In this document: positions 10,956 to 23,559 of the stretch, piece by piece
How the letters are laid out: every line of letters begins with the position of its first letter
How positions within the stretch are numbered: the first letter of the stretch is position 1
DNA from: Camelus dromedarius
Lineage: Eukaryota
DNA length: 64,000 bases
Assembly (NCBI RefSeq): GCF_036321535.1
Contig: NC_087451.1
Location: 54,622,001-54,686,000, forward strand
Reading direction: 5' to 3'
The notes under the pieces: generated by a model
The model's database searches: none
What the model saw: only the letters and a program-made list of their open reading frames with translations
Told to the model about the DNA's origin: nothing
Program-made: the position numbers and the translations under genes

Positions 10956-13289
10956 GTAAGGGTGATCTCTTTCTTTTTCTTCTGACATCTGAAAGCAGGA
11001 GTGTTCTAAGACCTGTCAGTAAACACCTGCAGATGCATCACAGAGGGAGCTTCAGGCATGTCTGCAGTTTTCTTCATTCCGTGCCCGCTGGGTTTGGGGT
11101 GAGGCTATTTTCGTGGTGTGGAATGTGTTCCTGACTTTGGATGCTTTATAGTTTGAGGTAGAGACTGCTTGCTGATAATTAGTGACCCTGGCAGTTATGC
11201 AGTGCTTTAGTTCAGGGCCATCACGTATAAATTAAAAGTAGGAATTACAAATTTATAGGCTCATAATGCATAAAGGACTCTCTAGAAGTCATGCAATTTC
11301 TGTCCCAGCTTCCCAGGGAGTGGGAGTTCATGGATTATCTAATAAATACGATCCATGATGATCTGGTCTATTTTTAAAGACTTTGAGCAAGGGGGATCAC
11401 ATGAACTCTTGTCCTACCCATTTTAGGGGCAGGCAGTTCTTGCAGCTGTTAGAGTTCTTCATTGTATCTAATTTAAGACGCCTCTTGCAGCAGGGAACCC
11501 AGTTGCTAAAGTAGGAAAGCCTCAGACATTTTTTTGCCTTCTCCTTTAAAGGGGAGCTATTTCTGAGAGGAGACCTTTTGTTATGTGAGTCAGGTGTGAA
11601 GCTCCTGCTGGAATGAGCTGTGGAGAAGGAGGTTTGGAGTGCACAGCCTCAAGTCCCAGAAACAGTGCTCCTTGCTGGTCATGGCTGAGAAGCCTTTAAA
11701 CCAAATCCCAATTTTAAACTCTTTTGGATATTGTGTCCCTCAAAAAGATGACTGCAAGAATTATGATCTGGGAATGGATGTTTCCAGGAAAATGTTAAGC
11801 AGGCTAGTGGGAACCCCCCATTACTGGGTAGACTGCTGTGAGCTGTCAGAACAAATAGGCACAAATGGAGAAAGAGGTCCTCTGTTCTTACCCCAAGCAA
11901 AGAATTAAAGGATCTTATCCTGTAGCAGAATGTCTTTCTAGTTAGTAGTTGTTTCCTTTTTAAAGTAATGAAAACCACATTTGTAGTTTCAGGTTCGGTA
12001 TTCTTGTTTCAAAGAGCCTTAGCTCTCTTAAATTATATCCTTTAAGTGCTGTGCTACCTGCAATCTAGACCTCTCTGACCCTCTGGGACACACAGTTGCC
12101 TGGGCTCATTGCATTGCTCTGGGCAGTTAGGCCCTCAGTTATTAAGCTGTGTAATGAGTTCCTAGAACTCCCCCTGATGACTTTTGGAAGAGCTTTTCTG
12201 CTTATCTTAATTAATATTCAAGGCCTTTGCTAAAAATGTATTAGATTCTGAAAGCCGAGCTCCTGGCCTTTTAGAGATATTTGTTACCTTGTTTTCTTAA
12301 CTGAGAAATCTTAAAATTCTAGCTGAGGGGCTAATTCAGCTTCCTAAACAAGAAAAGGGTGTTGGAAATAACATCCTAAGGGCTAAATTAGAGAAATCCC
12401 AGGTTCTGACTTGTGGATCAGACCTACCAAAACAAACCAATTTTTGAATATGAACCTTTTGTTGATAAAATACCCTTCACTCTGGTGATTCAAATTTGAG
12501 AAAGGGTAGATGGGGTTGGGTGGCAAGAAGAACTGTATATGTCAGAGGATAGAACTGCATGACATGCTGGGAAGAGAAACCACATGCCACCCCCCACTGA
12601 GTTCCTGTTGTGACTAGGCTTACCTGACTTTTGGCTGACTGTGGAAGTAGTTCATTATTAGGGTTGTAAATAGGCTTTTCAGCCTTTGTAGCCTCAGTTA
12701 TTAGGAATTAGTTGATATATGAAATAGTTCTCTTATGCGTGAATATTCTGGAAAATCTAGATGTGGAAAGCCATTTAGAAAGAAATTGGGGCTAACGTTG
12801 GCACCTTTAAGCATTCAGCTAAGCAGTTCTTACATTTTTCTGGCACTTGCTTTCCATGTCCGTTTGGGCTTGTAACAAACTGCTTGCCCTGCTCCCCGAG
12901 GCAGAAATTGGTATACAAGTCTGTAAAAATAAATGTGGGTTCCATTTGAATAAAGAAGACTTCTTGTTCAAGGTTATATCCTCAGTGGCAGAGCCAACAT
13001 TAGTTGGCTTTTCCAGTCAATCCCATGTTTTTGTTCTAAAGATCCTTGATCTTTAGCAAGGTAAAGGAGCAATAGAGTTTAAAATTGACCTCAGAATTTC
13101 AAATTGACTTCCCAGGTGTTCGGACTGGTGCCTGGGCTGGGGGGCTGGGGGGTACTCCAGCCGTGGGAGCATTAGATTTGAGCTTTCTGAGAGCTGTGGA
13201 CCTCTAGCTTCCCTTGCTTGCCCTCTGCTTCCCCGCCTTGGCTTTGGGCAAGGTGCTTCTGTAACATGCTCGCTCCATGAATCTCTCAG

Positions 13290-13394
13290 GTGAAACAGTG
13301 TCACTTGTGGATGTGGACATCTCTCAGCGGGGCATGACCTCTCCACACCCTCCAACTCCCCCTCCTCCTCCACGAAGAAGCCTCAGCCTCCTAG
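13290..13394 (+). CDS. SOCS7: SOCS7 exon 3 (105 nt)
   Basis: ctctcag|GT GAA ACA... ETVSLVDVDISQRGMTSPHPPTPPPPPRRSLSLL; donor G|GTACAG; phases 1 to 1. Confidence 0.96.
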
Positions 13395-13791
13395 GTACAG
13401 TCTCCTCCCCTCTCTGCCTTCTTACCCTGGTGGGAGGGTGAACTCTCTGGACTTGCTGTTCTTTGCCAGGAGCCAAACAAGCTCCTGGGTTTCTAATGCT
13501 GACCCACTTATTTCCTGTCCCTTTCTGAGCACCCCTGTCATCTCCTGAAACTTACCTGCATACATAACATTTCCTGTCCATATGTTGACCAGATCTGTAT
13601 TTATCTTGCCCTGAATCTACTGCTGGTGGGCAGCTTTAGGAATATGCTTACTTGCCTACTTTCGAGCAGAGGAAACCAGATTAAGATGATTGTTGCCCTC
13701 TGTGCAAAAAGACCGGGTGAAAGTCAGGCCATCTTGCCTCAGCAGGCAGCCTGATCCTTCTCATCTCCACTACCTTCACCCTGCTCGTTCT

Positions 13792-13963
13792 NNNNNNNNN
13801 NNNNNNNNNNNNNNNNNNNNNNNNNNNNNNNNNNNNNNNNNNNNNNNNNNNNNNNNNNNNNNNNNNNNNNNNNNNNNNNNNNNNNNNNNNNNNNNNNNNN
13901 NNNNNNNNNNNNNNNNNNNNNNNNNNNNNNNNNNNNNNNNNNNNNNNNNNNNNNNNNNNNNNN
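13792..13963 (+). CDS. SOCS7: SOCS7 exon 4, inferred to lie inside this N-gap (exact bounds unseen)
   Basis: A pyrimidine tract (ccactaccttcaccctgctcgttct) runs into the gap; the recalled human segment DDISGTLPTSVLVAPMGSS... is absent from the visible intron. Confidence 0.6.
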
Positions 13964-14776
13964 AAGCATTGGGAGTACAAAGTGAGAAACTTTTGAAGGA
14001 TGGGAGAAATCTATTTATGGAAATAACAGTACTTATGAGAAAGCTTAAATTTTATCCCTTTGGCAGGACCAGAACTCTTGGAAATGAGGCCAAGAACTGG
14101 TTTTTTTAACCCTTTTTTTTTTTATGGAGGTGAATCTGATTTTTGTTAGAGATAACAGACCATTGGAATTCTTGTCTCTTTACTGCTGAGACTGTTTTGC
14201 AGTCCTTGAGTAGATATCACTTAGGAAACTGCCTTAGTTTCAGCAGAGTGAGGTTTAATGTGTTGCTGGTTTTCAGAGTCCTGTGGTTTTTCTAAGCTTT
14301 TAGTATTTATTGCAGCCTTGTAAATAAGTACCAAGCATTTAGCCCATACCTGCTTTGCCAGCCTCCAGTACCCAAGGAATAAAACGAATGAAATCGACAT
14401 TCTTTTCTACTTGCCTGGCAAAATCTACTTGCCAGTACTCTTCCTGGGCAAGTAAACAAGTCACTATTTCCAAGGCTGCTTTACCGGCACTTCACCTCGT
14501 GGTGGGAGAAGTTGGAATCGATCTAGGCTGGTGAAGGCCCCGAAGTAGTCACCTTAGTCAGGTTAGTGAGCAGCTCCCGACCCCTTTCCTGGGGTTAAAC
14601 GCCCCCACCCATCCTTCACAGCTTACACAAGCCCACACAGCTTTTTGTCCCAGCCCATCCAGCTCTTTCCACTGCTTTGGCTTCCCCCCTTTGCAGCTTA
14701 GCTTCTAATGCCTTGCCCGTCTTCAGTTAGCATCTCTGTTTTGGAGGGAGGGTCTGCTTGAGGTTGGGAACAATAA

Positions 14777-14948
14777 NNNNNNNNNNNNNNNNNNNNNNNN
14801 NNNNNNNNNNNNNNNNNNNNNNNNNNNNNNNNNNNNNNNNNNNNNNNNNNNNNNNNNNNNNNNNNNNNNNNNNNNNNNNNNNNNNNNNNNNNNNNNNNNN
14901 NNNNNNNNNNNNNNNNNNNNNNNNNNNNNNNNNNNNNNNNNNNNNNNN
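14777..14948 (+). CDS. SOCS7: SOCS7 exon 5, inferred to lie inside this N-gap (exact bounds unseen)
   Basis: Exon 3 ends in phase 1 and exon 6 starts in phase 0, so a phase-shifting exon is required; the recalled segment DAFPRIAPIR...SLRELEK is not visible elsewhere. Confidence 0.6.
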
Positions 14949-15428
14949 TGGTGGTTTGCCTCCTCTCCCACTCTCCTAATTCTGTACCAGGCTCCCCTTT
15001 TATTATTTTTAGAGGAAGAGTGGTTTCCTTGCCTCTGTATTTACAGTGAGAAAGCAATATGTATGCTGCTATTATTAGTTCTATAAGAGATGTCATAAAA
15101 TTGAGTCTGAAAAAAAATCTGAATGTGATGAAGAAAGTTTATGGAGAAGTGTTTACATAGTCTAAGCTGATGGTGATACATTAAGTGACCCAGGTACCCC
15201 TCCTTTTCTTTGCAGGGCCTTGGTAATGGAATTGTAGAGTTATTCTGCTGTTGTTTTACAGGGCTGAGAGTATGATGAGCCTGATGTTCATTGCTAATGG
15301 TTGAGACACCCTTAGTGGCTTTTACATTCTGAAATGTTTCAGAAATGAGGAGTTTTTGTGGTAAGATAAATTGTGCTGCAAACTTTGACATTTCTCTGTT
15401 AACTGCTTGACCGCTTCTTCTTTCATAG

Positions 15429-15597
15429 TGTGGTTGGTATTGGGGGCCGATGAATTGGGAAGATGCAGAGATGAAGCTGAAGGGCAAGCCCGATGGTTCT
15501 TTCCTGGTACGAGACAGCTCTGATCCTCGTTATATCCTGAGCCTCAGTTTCCGATCACAGGGTATCACCCACCACACTAGAATGGAGCACTACAGAG
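15429..15597 (+). CDS. SOCS7: SOCS7 exon 6 (169 nt), SH2 N-terminal half
   Basis: tttcatag|TGT GGT TGG TAT TGG: CGWYWGPMNWEDAEMKLKGKPDGSFLVRDSSDPRYILSLSFRSQGITHHTRMEHYR (FLVRDS SH2 motif); donor G|GTGAGA. Confidence 0.98.
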
Positions 15598-16734
15598 GTG
15601 AGAGGTGCTGGCATCTGAAGGAAGCCTTCTTCCCGCTTTGCCTTTCTCTACCTTTGCTATCTGACTGTTTCATTGGAAGGATTCATAGAAATGGAACTAT
15701 GAATAGGGGGTGGAATCTCATAGACTCAGTTGAATGTTGATATGGCACTGGTTTCGATCACCAGAAGAAATATTGGCAGAGTGGGGAGGAGAGTAAGGGC
15801 TCTATTTAAAAGTATTCTTAGCATCTTGTCTCCTAAATAGGAGAGTCTGAACAAGACTGTTGAACAAAGCCAGTAAAACTCCCTTGGTAGAAGGAGGAAG
15901 TAACCTAGGACCATTAGACAAATTCTCCCAAGCTTTGGTTCATAATTAAACCTTACCATCTAGAGAGATTTACTGCTAAATCATATATACAAAGAAGACA
16001 ATTTTGTGTTGATCCTGTGACTCGTCTGTTCTGGATGTCTTTGCCTGATAGTCACATCAGCTTTTCCTGTCAGGCAGCGTGGTGATGACAACTTCTTGTC
16101 AGCCCTGTAGTCTCGTAGGAAATAGTCATCAGAGCTCTGAGAGTTCTCAGGATCGACGTGCTTTAGACTGTCTGCCTTCCTCCCTGGCAGTACTTCCCGC
16201 TCTGTGGTCAGGTAGTGCTTAATGTTCTAGTCACGTCTGGAAGCTGACTTGTTCAGCACTGCTCTCTGGATTGACTTTGCATCGGGGCATTCTGTGACTT
16301 GTGATGGTCATTGGTGTAGGGCTGGGTAATTCATCCTGTGTCAAAATACCTGCGATATCTACAAATTTAAAAATTGTGAAGAACTCTGGAGTTTCAGGGA
16401 CTTGCCCTTTCCATCCCTCATACTCTTCCCACAGGTGATCCACCTTGAATGGGCTGTAATAGTTACTGCATTTCAAGTAAGAGTGTTTCATGCTCTTCTC
16501 AGGAACCACCATGTCTTTCCTGCTCTCAGTCATGTTCTGCTGGATTTATTTGGTTTGCTTCTCTTATGAGGCAGGAAGTAGCTGTTTAGGTCAACATAGC
16601 TTTGTCTAAAGTTTCCTCTGCCCCCACCTCTCCCTTAGAGATGCATGAAAAGAAAGGAACTTCAGTCCAAAGACCTGAGAATTACTTAGCTACCTATTTT
16701 CCTGCTGTTCCTAAAAGCAAAAATCAAACAAAGT

Positions 16735-16878
16735 GGGGAGGGATATGGCTCAGGGGTAGAGCACATGCTTAGCATGTACAAGGTCCTTGGTTCAATCCCC
16801 AGTACCTCCATTAAAAAAGAAAAAGAAAAAATATTAATAAATTAAAAATGAAAAGCAAGTTAAAAAAAAGACAAAAAA
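16735..16878 (+). mobile_element. Camelid tRNA-Ala-derived SINE (Vic-1-like)
   Basis: GGGGAGGG..TAGCTCAG head, CTTAGCAT (AGC) loop, GTTCAATCCC B-box, A-rich tail; TSD aaaatcaaacaaa 16720-16732 / aaaatcgaacaaa 16879-16891. Confidence 0.85.
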
Positions 16879-17856
16879 AAAATCGAACAAACGAAAAACC
16901 CAAAATGCAAAACAAAGCATTTCAGAGTGAAGTGCTTTTATAAATCTACTAAAATGATAAATGACGAGGCCAGGGGAATGATGAATAAATGCTTGACCTC
17001 TAGGTTCCTGAGGTGAGATGACAGGAATGAGGGAGCTCTTTCAGATGGTTCTCCAGTTACTTTTTGTTCAAAGGGAACTTTCTTCCTTGAATAAATGGAA
17101 TTTTTAATAGAAGCCTCTGGGCCTTTCAGTTGCTAGTTTGCAGTGGAACATTTGTCTTCATCTTTTTAAGTGATCCTGTAAGAGGAGCTAGGGAGACTCA
17201 AATCTGCAGTTCTCTTGAGTGATGAGTATCCCTTTTGTGACTCTCTTGGATTCAGCGCTTTAGTTGTTGGAGTTTTTTGTTGTTTTTTTAAGCCATGGGA
17301 GTTCAGATTCCCTTTTGCCTGTGGGATTCTAAAGTTTGGGGTGGGATCTTTGTAACATGTTGAGGCATGGGATTTTAGCAATTAAAGAAGAAAAGACTTA
17401 GAATTTAATTTTTTGTGCCTAACGCACATGAATGAGTGGGGCCCACAAAACTGCTTCTCCTATCTTTCCTTGGCTAGCCCAGGCATCCTTGAAGACTTAG
17501 ATCTTCTTGAGGGGATGTCATTTAAATTCGCTTTTGCTATAGTAGTCTTTTCTTTATGGTTTGTGGTCTAAAGATTAGTGTTCATAGTCAACAAAATCTT
17601 TTTGTATCTTTTTTTCTGACATTAATTTATTATTTACTTGTTTAACAAAAACCTTGTAAGACCTAATGTCTTACTTAAAGACAACATCTTTCTTTCCATT
17701 AGTTGTGGAACAAGCAGGAACCCCCACCTTTGTCTGACTCAGCTTGACCACAAACTACCCTCCCAGAAGTGAGAATCATTAAAATGTTCAAGCCAGCTTC
17801 TCAGATCTTTTTGAAGGAAGTTTTGCATTTTTATCTCTCCTTACTTTCCATGGCAG

Positions 17857-17985
17857 GAACCTTCAGCCTGTGGTGTCATCCCAAATTTGAGGATCGCTGT
17901 CAGTCAGTGGTGGAGTTCATTAAGAGAGCCATCATGCACTCCAAGAATGGGAAGTTTCTCTATTTCTTGAGATCCAGGGTTCCAG
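17857..17985 (+). CDS. SOCS7: SOCS7 exon 7 (129 nt), SH2 continuation
   Basis: tggcag|GA ACC TTC: TFSLWCHPKFEDRCQSVVEFIKRAIMHSKNGKFLYFLRSRVP; donor G|GTAAGG. Confidence 0.98.
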
Positions 17986-18687
17986 GTAAGGCTATAGTTA
18001 CATTAATTATTTAACGTACTTGGGTACGAGCCAGTATAGGATCTCCACCCCGACCCTACAAAAACCCCACACTTGAAGCTTTTTTTCCTGGCTCCTATAG
18101 CAACCACTCTTCCTGGAGCCTAGTGCTTAATCTCCTGCCCTTGTACGTTAATCCCTCAATATGTTGAGAAGGAATCTTTGCTTCTCTGACCACATGAATG
18201 AAAAAACTGATTCCGCCTCTGATGTTCAGGCATCATGTGAATGTTTAACATTCAGAGGTATCTCCTTGTCCCTGATTTGGGCATCTCACACTTACATATG
18301 AAACAGGGAGCTCTCGGGTCATTTCCATGGGAATAGGGAAAGTAAAAGAGTGTTCACTAGAAAGGCAGTGGTGAGTGTCAGGGAGGCTGAGTTTAGAAGC
18401 AGTCTGCTCTGGATTCTATCTATTTGTACTAAACTTACTATTGAAGAGTAGATATTTTTGTTGTCCTGTATCCCTGCCAGTGTTGAATACAGAGACTACT
18501 CTCCACTTGGGAGCACTGGGCAGTTCTCATCCTTGCTGGTGTGGTTATATAGTCTTCCTGCCCACTAAGTAGGAAGATATCTGTGCAATCTCTGTTGAAG
18601 GGTGGGGAATGGGGATGGTTTGGAGAAATCTGCTTTTATGGTGTTGGGAAAACTGAAGAATTTGTAAGATCAAAACAGAATTAAAAT

Positions 18688-18815
18688 GGGGGAGGGTATA
18701 GCTCAGTGGTAGAGTGTCTGCTTAGCATGCATGAGGTCCTGAGTTCAATCCCCAGTACTTCCATTAAAAAATAAACCTAATTACCTCCCCCTACTAAATA
18801 AATAAATAAACAAAC
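18688..18815 (+). mobile_element. Camelid tRNA-Ala-derived SINE (Vic-1-like)
   Basis: Intact A and B boxes, aacctaattacctccccc tail plus (AAAT)n; TSD aattaaaatg 18679-18688 / 18816-18825. Confidence 0.9.
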
Positions 18816-19534
18816 AATTAAAATGAGAACTTCATGCTTTTCCATTGAATCAAATTAAGATTCTTAAACAAACTGGATGCCAAGAAATTGCTCTAAAAAG
18901 AAGTTACTGGGGAGCCCCCAGAAGAACATCAGTAACAGGATTGAGCTGGGATATAGGAATGTGTTTTATAATCTTAGTGTTTTAAATAAGGCATGACAGT
19001 GTGTGAACTGTATTAATTCTCACTTATTTAGTATTTGCCTCAGTGCTGTCAACACAGTTGGGTCTCATGCAGTTGACTTGGTTAAAGGAAAAAGTTAGAA
19101 TCCTTTCTTATAGGAATTGACTCTGCTTAGCAATTTTTAAAGTTTGTGGCTTTTGAGGAGTATTTATTTAACAAAGAAACACTCACTTTTTTTGAAACTC
19201 AGAATCAAAAATAAGTCACATCTCTACCCTCAGAGAGCTCATAGCTTCAAAAAGGGGACAGGTAGGAAGATAAAGGCAAGAGCACATGTTAAATTCAGTA
19301 CAAAGCATGGCAGTGATTGACAAGGACGGGGTGGGCAATCAGCTCTGAGGGTGAACCAGGGAAGTCCTCTCAGAGGACTCTGGAGCATGTATCTACTTGT
19401 TGAGTATTGATAGACTTGTGGACTCTTGGACTCCTTAGGTATAGCTCATTTCATTCCACAAATATGCTCTGTCTTTAGAAATTTTAACTAAGATTCTTAA
19501 CATTGTTAAGGGTTAGAGCTTGTAGTGATTGCTG

Positions 19535-19800
19535 CGTATCATGTGCTTATCATGTGCCAGGTACTTTGTCAGGTTCTTTATTTTAAATATGTCTTATTTC
19601 TTGCAACAACCCCATAGTTAGCTAATAGATTGGTCTATTTAAACAAACAAACAACAAAAAAAGACAAGACTATTTTTATTTTGCCAGTGAGGAAACTGAG
19701 GCCGAGGCTCAAAAGTAAAGCCACTTTTGGCTTTAAAGGTCACTCAGCTGATCAGTGCTGAAGCCAGGATTCAAACCAGGCCCAGCTAACTCCCGAATCT
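19535..19800 (-). mobile_element. MIR SINE
   Basis: atgtgccaggtact...gaggaaactgaggc...aaggtcactcagct...ccaggattcaaaccagg. Confidence 0.75.
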
Positions 19801-22079
19801 TGTACTTTATTTCCCAGCCTGTTACAGGGAAAAGTAGCGGTATGCAAATAGAAGATTCAGTTTGCTGGGATTTGTGGAAACATAAAGAAGACAGAATTGT
19901 GTTTATTAGTGGAGAGTGTCTTTGTAGGACCTGTGGGGAATGCTACAGGTAGAATACCTATTTGCACTTAAAATCATAATCAAGTTGAGGAGGCAAAGTG
20001 AATTAGTATTTGCCCCTAGACCGTAAGTGACCTCTCTTTGAAGGCTTGGGACAAAGAAGGCAAGGCCAAGTGTTCTCCTTTACCATTGCTGGCTTCCTTC
20101 CTTATCACAGAGGTCTAGGCATTCTGTGAGGCTGACTTTATTGGGGGAGAGGATTCTCGTGAGGAAGTAGTAGTCATTGGCATTTAGGTTCAGCTCTGTA
20201 AGCCTACATCAAGGATTTTAATTCAGTAAATTCTAAAAGGAGCCTTTTGGTTTAGACTTTGGGATGAATGCCTACCAGGGGCCCAGTATTATTTCATTTA
20301 GCCCTTATGAAATCCTTTGAAGGGATGTTAAAGCCCATCCCCCCACCTTTTCTTTTTTTTAATACAGATGAAGAAACTGATGTATAGTGAGTTGCAGAGT
20401 CAGGATGCAAAGTCAGGTTTTTCTGGCTCAAATCTAGAGCTGGATGCACTAGCAGGCACGTCCAGACTGGTGTAAAAGGATGCCAGGGATCATAGGAATT
20501 GTAAAGCTAGGACTAATGGGAAAGTTCTGGATGGTGGCAAATAAGGAGCAGAAAGGAATTAATTAGAGCAAATGGAATAATTAGCATCTAGGGGAGGAAT
20601 CCTTAGTAAAAGTGATGGTGCCTGAGCTTGGTTTGCTTCTTTTCTTATGGCAATGTTGGATCATGGTCATGACAAATCTGAGATTGTTTGATTACATCTT
20701 AGTCTGGTCCATTTCACATTTGTAAACTAAACCCCTAAGACCAAGCAGCAGTCTCAAAAGGAGAGTGTGATTGGATTAGCACAAAATCTCTGATGCTCTG
20801 AGAGCTAGAACTCAAAGTGAATGTGTCCTCCTTAGCGAGGAGAATCGCCACCATTTGTGAAGTGCATGAAGAAAAAACACTTTTTGTTTTTTTAATCACA
20901 TTTTGAATTGGACAACTCTAAGGAATTTGGTATCTTTCTCTTTTGTAACCATCATTAACACTATAATTACTTGTTCAATAATATGTCTTCTTATATTGTA
21001 GGGTTTTTCAATTCAGCCCTATTGACAGATATTTTGGACTGGATAATTCTGGTCTTCAGGGAACAGTTTAGTGTGGGAGAAGGACCTGGGTGTTTGGGTG
21101 CTCAGACCTGGAAGAGATGTGTCATCTTTAACCTGGCCCTTTTTAAGGGAAGAGAAAATAGTGAAGTGGCTGGAAGCTGGATTTGTGTCCAGGACCCCGG
21201 CATGAGGACCAGGGGAAAGTTCTTGTTGATCACTGTTCCACCTTGTCTTTCCCTTTTAGCTACATTGGTGTCCTGTGTTGGATTTATTTCCATTTCTGAA
21301 CTCTGCTTTTAACACTGGATATGACAACTCCAGTCTTTTTATGTGTTTGAGAGCAAACAGTAAATGATCATGTTGACATAGCGAATATCAGAGAGTTAAC
21401 AGGTTTCAAATAGCTATTTGTGAACTTAAGGCTAAAAGTAGCACAATTAAATAGGCAAGTTTATATGGTCATTAAAATTCAAGTAGGCAAACAATCAGAT
21501 AATTGTATGCTACTTATTATCCTGACCTCTTTAAGCACAAGTCCTGTAATACTGTCTTTGGGAACAAATCATTAGATACGTAAATTACTTTTATTTCTGA
21601 AACGTCATGTTGAGTAGCAGTATTACAGCCAACCCCCAAAGCTTATTGTTTGTTACATTTAATTGACTAAAGACTATTTTTAAAACATATGAGAGAAAGG
21701 GTAAATTCAAAGAGTCCTTTGAACCCCAAATCATTGTAAGACCACTTGAGTTTAAATATATTCAAGAGAGAAATCCAGGTGTGAATTCTTTTTTTTCTTT
21801 TAAACGATGTGTGAGGAGAGGACCAACCAGTGGTGTGTGTGAGTGGAGGAGCGCTACAGTGCTTCAAAATACAGGCCTTAGGCTTGAAAGGATGGGAGTG
21901 AGAGGTGGGGACTGAGAGGCTGATCCTAAGTCAAGATGCTGTGGCTGTCCTGGACAGTGTCCCTGTCAGCCAGCGAGAGGGACAGAAGCTCTGGGAGGAC
22001 TCCTGGAGAGCCCTTCTTTGAGGTTCCCTGGGTTAAACTCTTCCTCAGACAGAGCAGGTCTTCAAGGCAGGCCGGCTTT

Positions 22080-22200
22080 GTTGTGTGCCATAAGCAAATT
22101 CTCTAAGCCCAACAGGCCTCAGTTTCTTCATATGTGAAATGGGGATAATAGTGGTATCTGTCTCAGAGTACAGTTTGAAGACTAAATGAGTTAAATGATT
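22080..22200 (+). mobile_element. MIR SINE fragment
   Basis: ggcctcagtttcttcatatgtgaaatggggataatagtggtatct. Confidence 0.7.
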
Positions 22201-23423
22201 TTAAGATAAGCTGGCTTGTTTAGTAACAGCATAATATGTATTTCATCTTTTTTTTAGAAAGTCAGTTGTTAACAACCGTGAAAAGGCTTTGGGAGGCAAT
22301 CTGCAAGCCTTAATTTTTTTCATCTCACACTTTCAAACAAAATTTGAAAACCATTTGAAATTAAATTCCAAAAATAGTAGATATTTTATTTTCCAACAAG
22401 TTGTGTCTACAGAATTTCTTTTGATAGAACAATGGCTGAGAAAAGAATTCTTTCAAAGGTCTTGCAACTCATATTCTTTCTGAGAGCAGTTTGCTAGTTT
22501 ACCTTCCATGGGCCCTTTGTTTATTGAAACTAGAATATTCTTTGAACCTGTTTCAGTGTCCTTGCCATTCTGGGTGTCTCCTTTTGTAGCGTTGACCCTT
22601 GTGGGGGTTGGAATTTCCAGCACAGAGCCTGCTGATACCATGATGAAACATAAGATTGTAGGGCTCCCACCGGGCCTGGCTGGCATCGTCAGCAGGCATT
22701 GTGCACTGAGTAGTGCTAATTCCAGCTTGCCCAACCTCCTGTAGTTGTTTTTCTTTTTAAAAGTATCCTCTTTTTTTTTCCTTTTTCTTTTTCCCCTTTC
22801 ACTCAGTCTAAAATTTCAACATGCAAGAAGGGTGGTTGGTGGGAATGGAGGGTTGGGGAAGGCTAAGAGGTAGCTCAACTTGACTGTCCCAGCTTGAAGT
22901 AAATGGCAGGAGTGAGTGGCTTATAAACTTTGATCCCAGCTGTTGCCTTCAGCCTCTCCTTGGTGGGGACCCTTCTGAGCAGCCTTTGGGGACCTTTCTG
23001 AACAGTCTTCACCTTCAGGATACTCTAGATGTGCTAAACAAGTATGTCCCATCCCCAGTAGGGATGCCTTTGATTCCTGCCCTTCACTGAGGGCCTTGGG
23101 CCTGGGATTGGCTACTTGGCTGCAGGCAGTCTCTAGCTTGGCATTTTTCATTGAACCGTTCTGAAGAGCAGGACTGTCAGCTGTTAAGAGTGATGCCGGG
23201 GAGGTCCTCGGCAGGGGAGGATAGATTCCCTTGAGTAAGAAATATGGTATTGGTGCTTCTGCAGATGGAAATCAGCAGTCCTTTGTGGAGGGAGCTTTTG
23301 CACGGAACACATATATGAACTATAAAGAAGTCCCATTTCCCTTCCCTCGACTCTCTTTGTAAAGGAAATAATAGTTAGCTGCATTGTTTCCTTTGAATAT
23401 TTCTCTCCATTTCATTCTTGAAG

Positions 23424-23559
23424 GACTGCCACCAACTCCAGTGCAGCTGCTGTACCCAGTGTCCCGATTCAGCAATGTCAAATCCCTCCAGCACCTTTGC
23501 CGATTCCGAATCCGACAGCTCGTCCGGATAGATCACATCCCGGATCTCCCACTGCCTAA
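23424..23559 (+). CDS. SOCS7: SOCS7 exon 8 (136 nt), SH2 end and SOCS box start
   Basis: cttgaag|GA CTG CCA: LPPTPVQLLYPVSRFSNVKSLQHLCRFRIRQLVRIDHIPDLPLP (SLQHLCR BC-box, LPLP cullin-5 box); donor AA|GTACAA. Confidence 0.98.

Noticed and set aside
13395-15428. Lineage-specific loss of SOCS7 exons 4-5
   Set aside because: Suitably sized N-gaps sit at the expected positions, and direct exon 3-6 splicing would frameshift before the intact SH2 and SOCS box.
18688-18762. Apparent tRNA-Ala(AGC) genes (also at 16735, 25288, 62955)
   Set aside because: They carry A-rich tails, TSDs and stem mismatches, so they are SINE heads rather than tRNA genes.
21407-21420. Perfect 14-bp palindrome caaatagctatttg
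   Set aside because: About four such palindromes are expected by chance in 64 kb.
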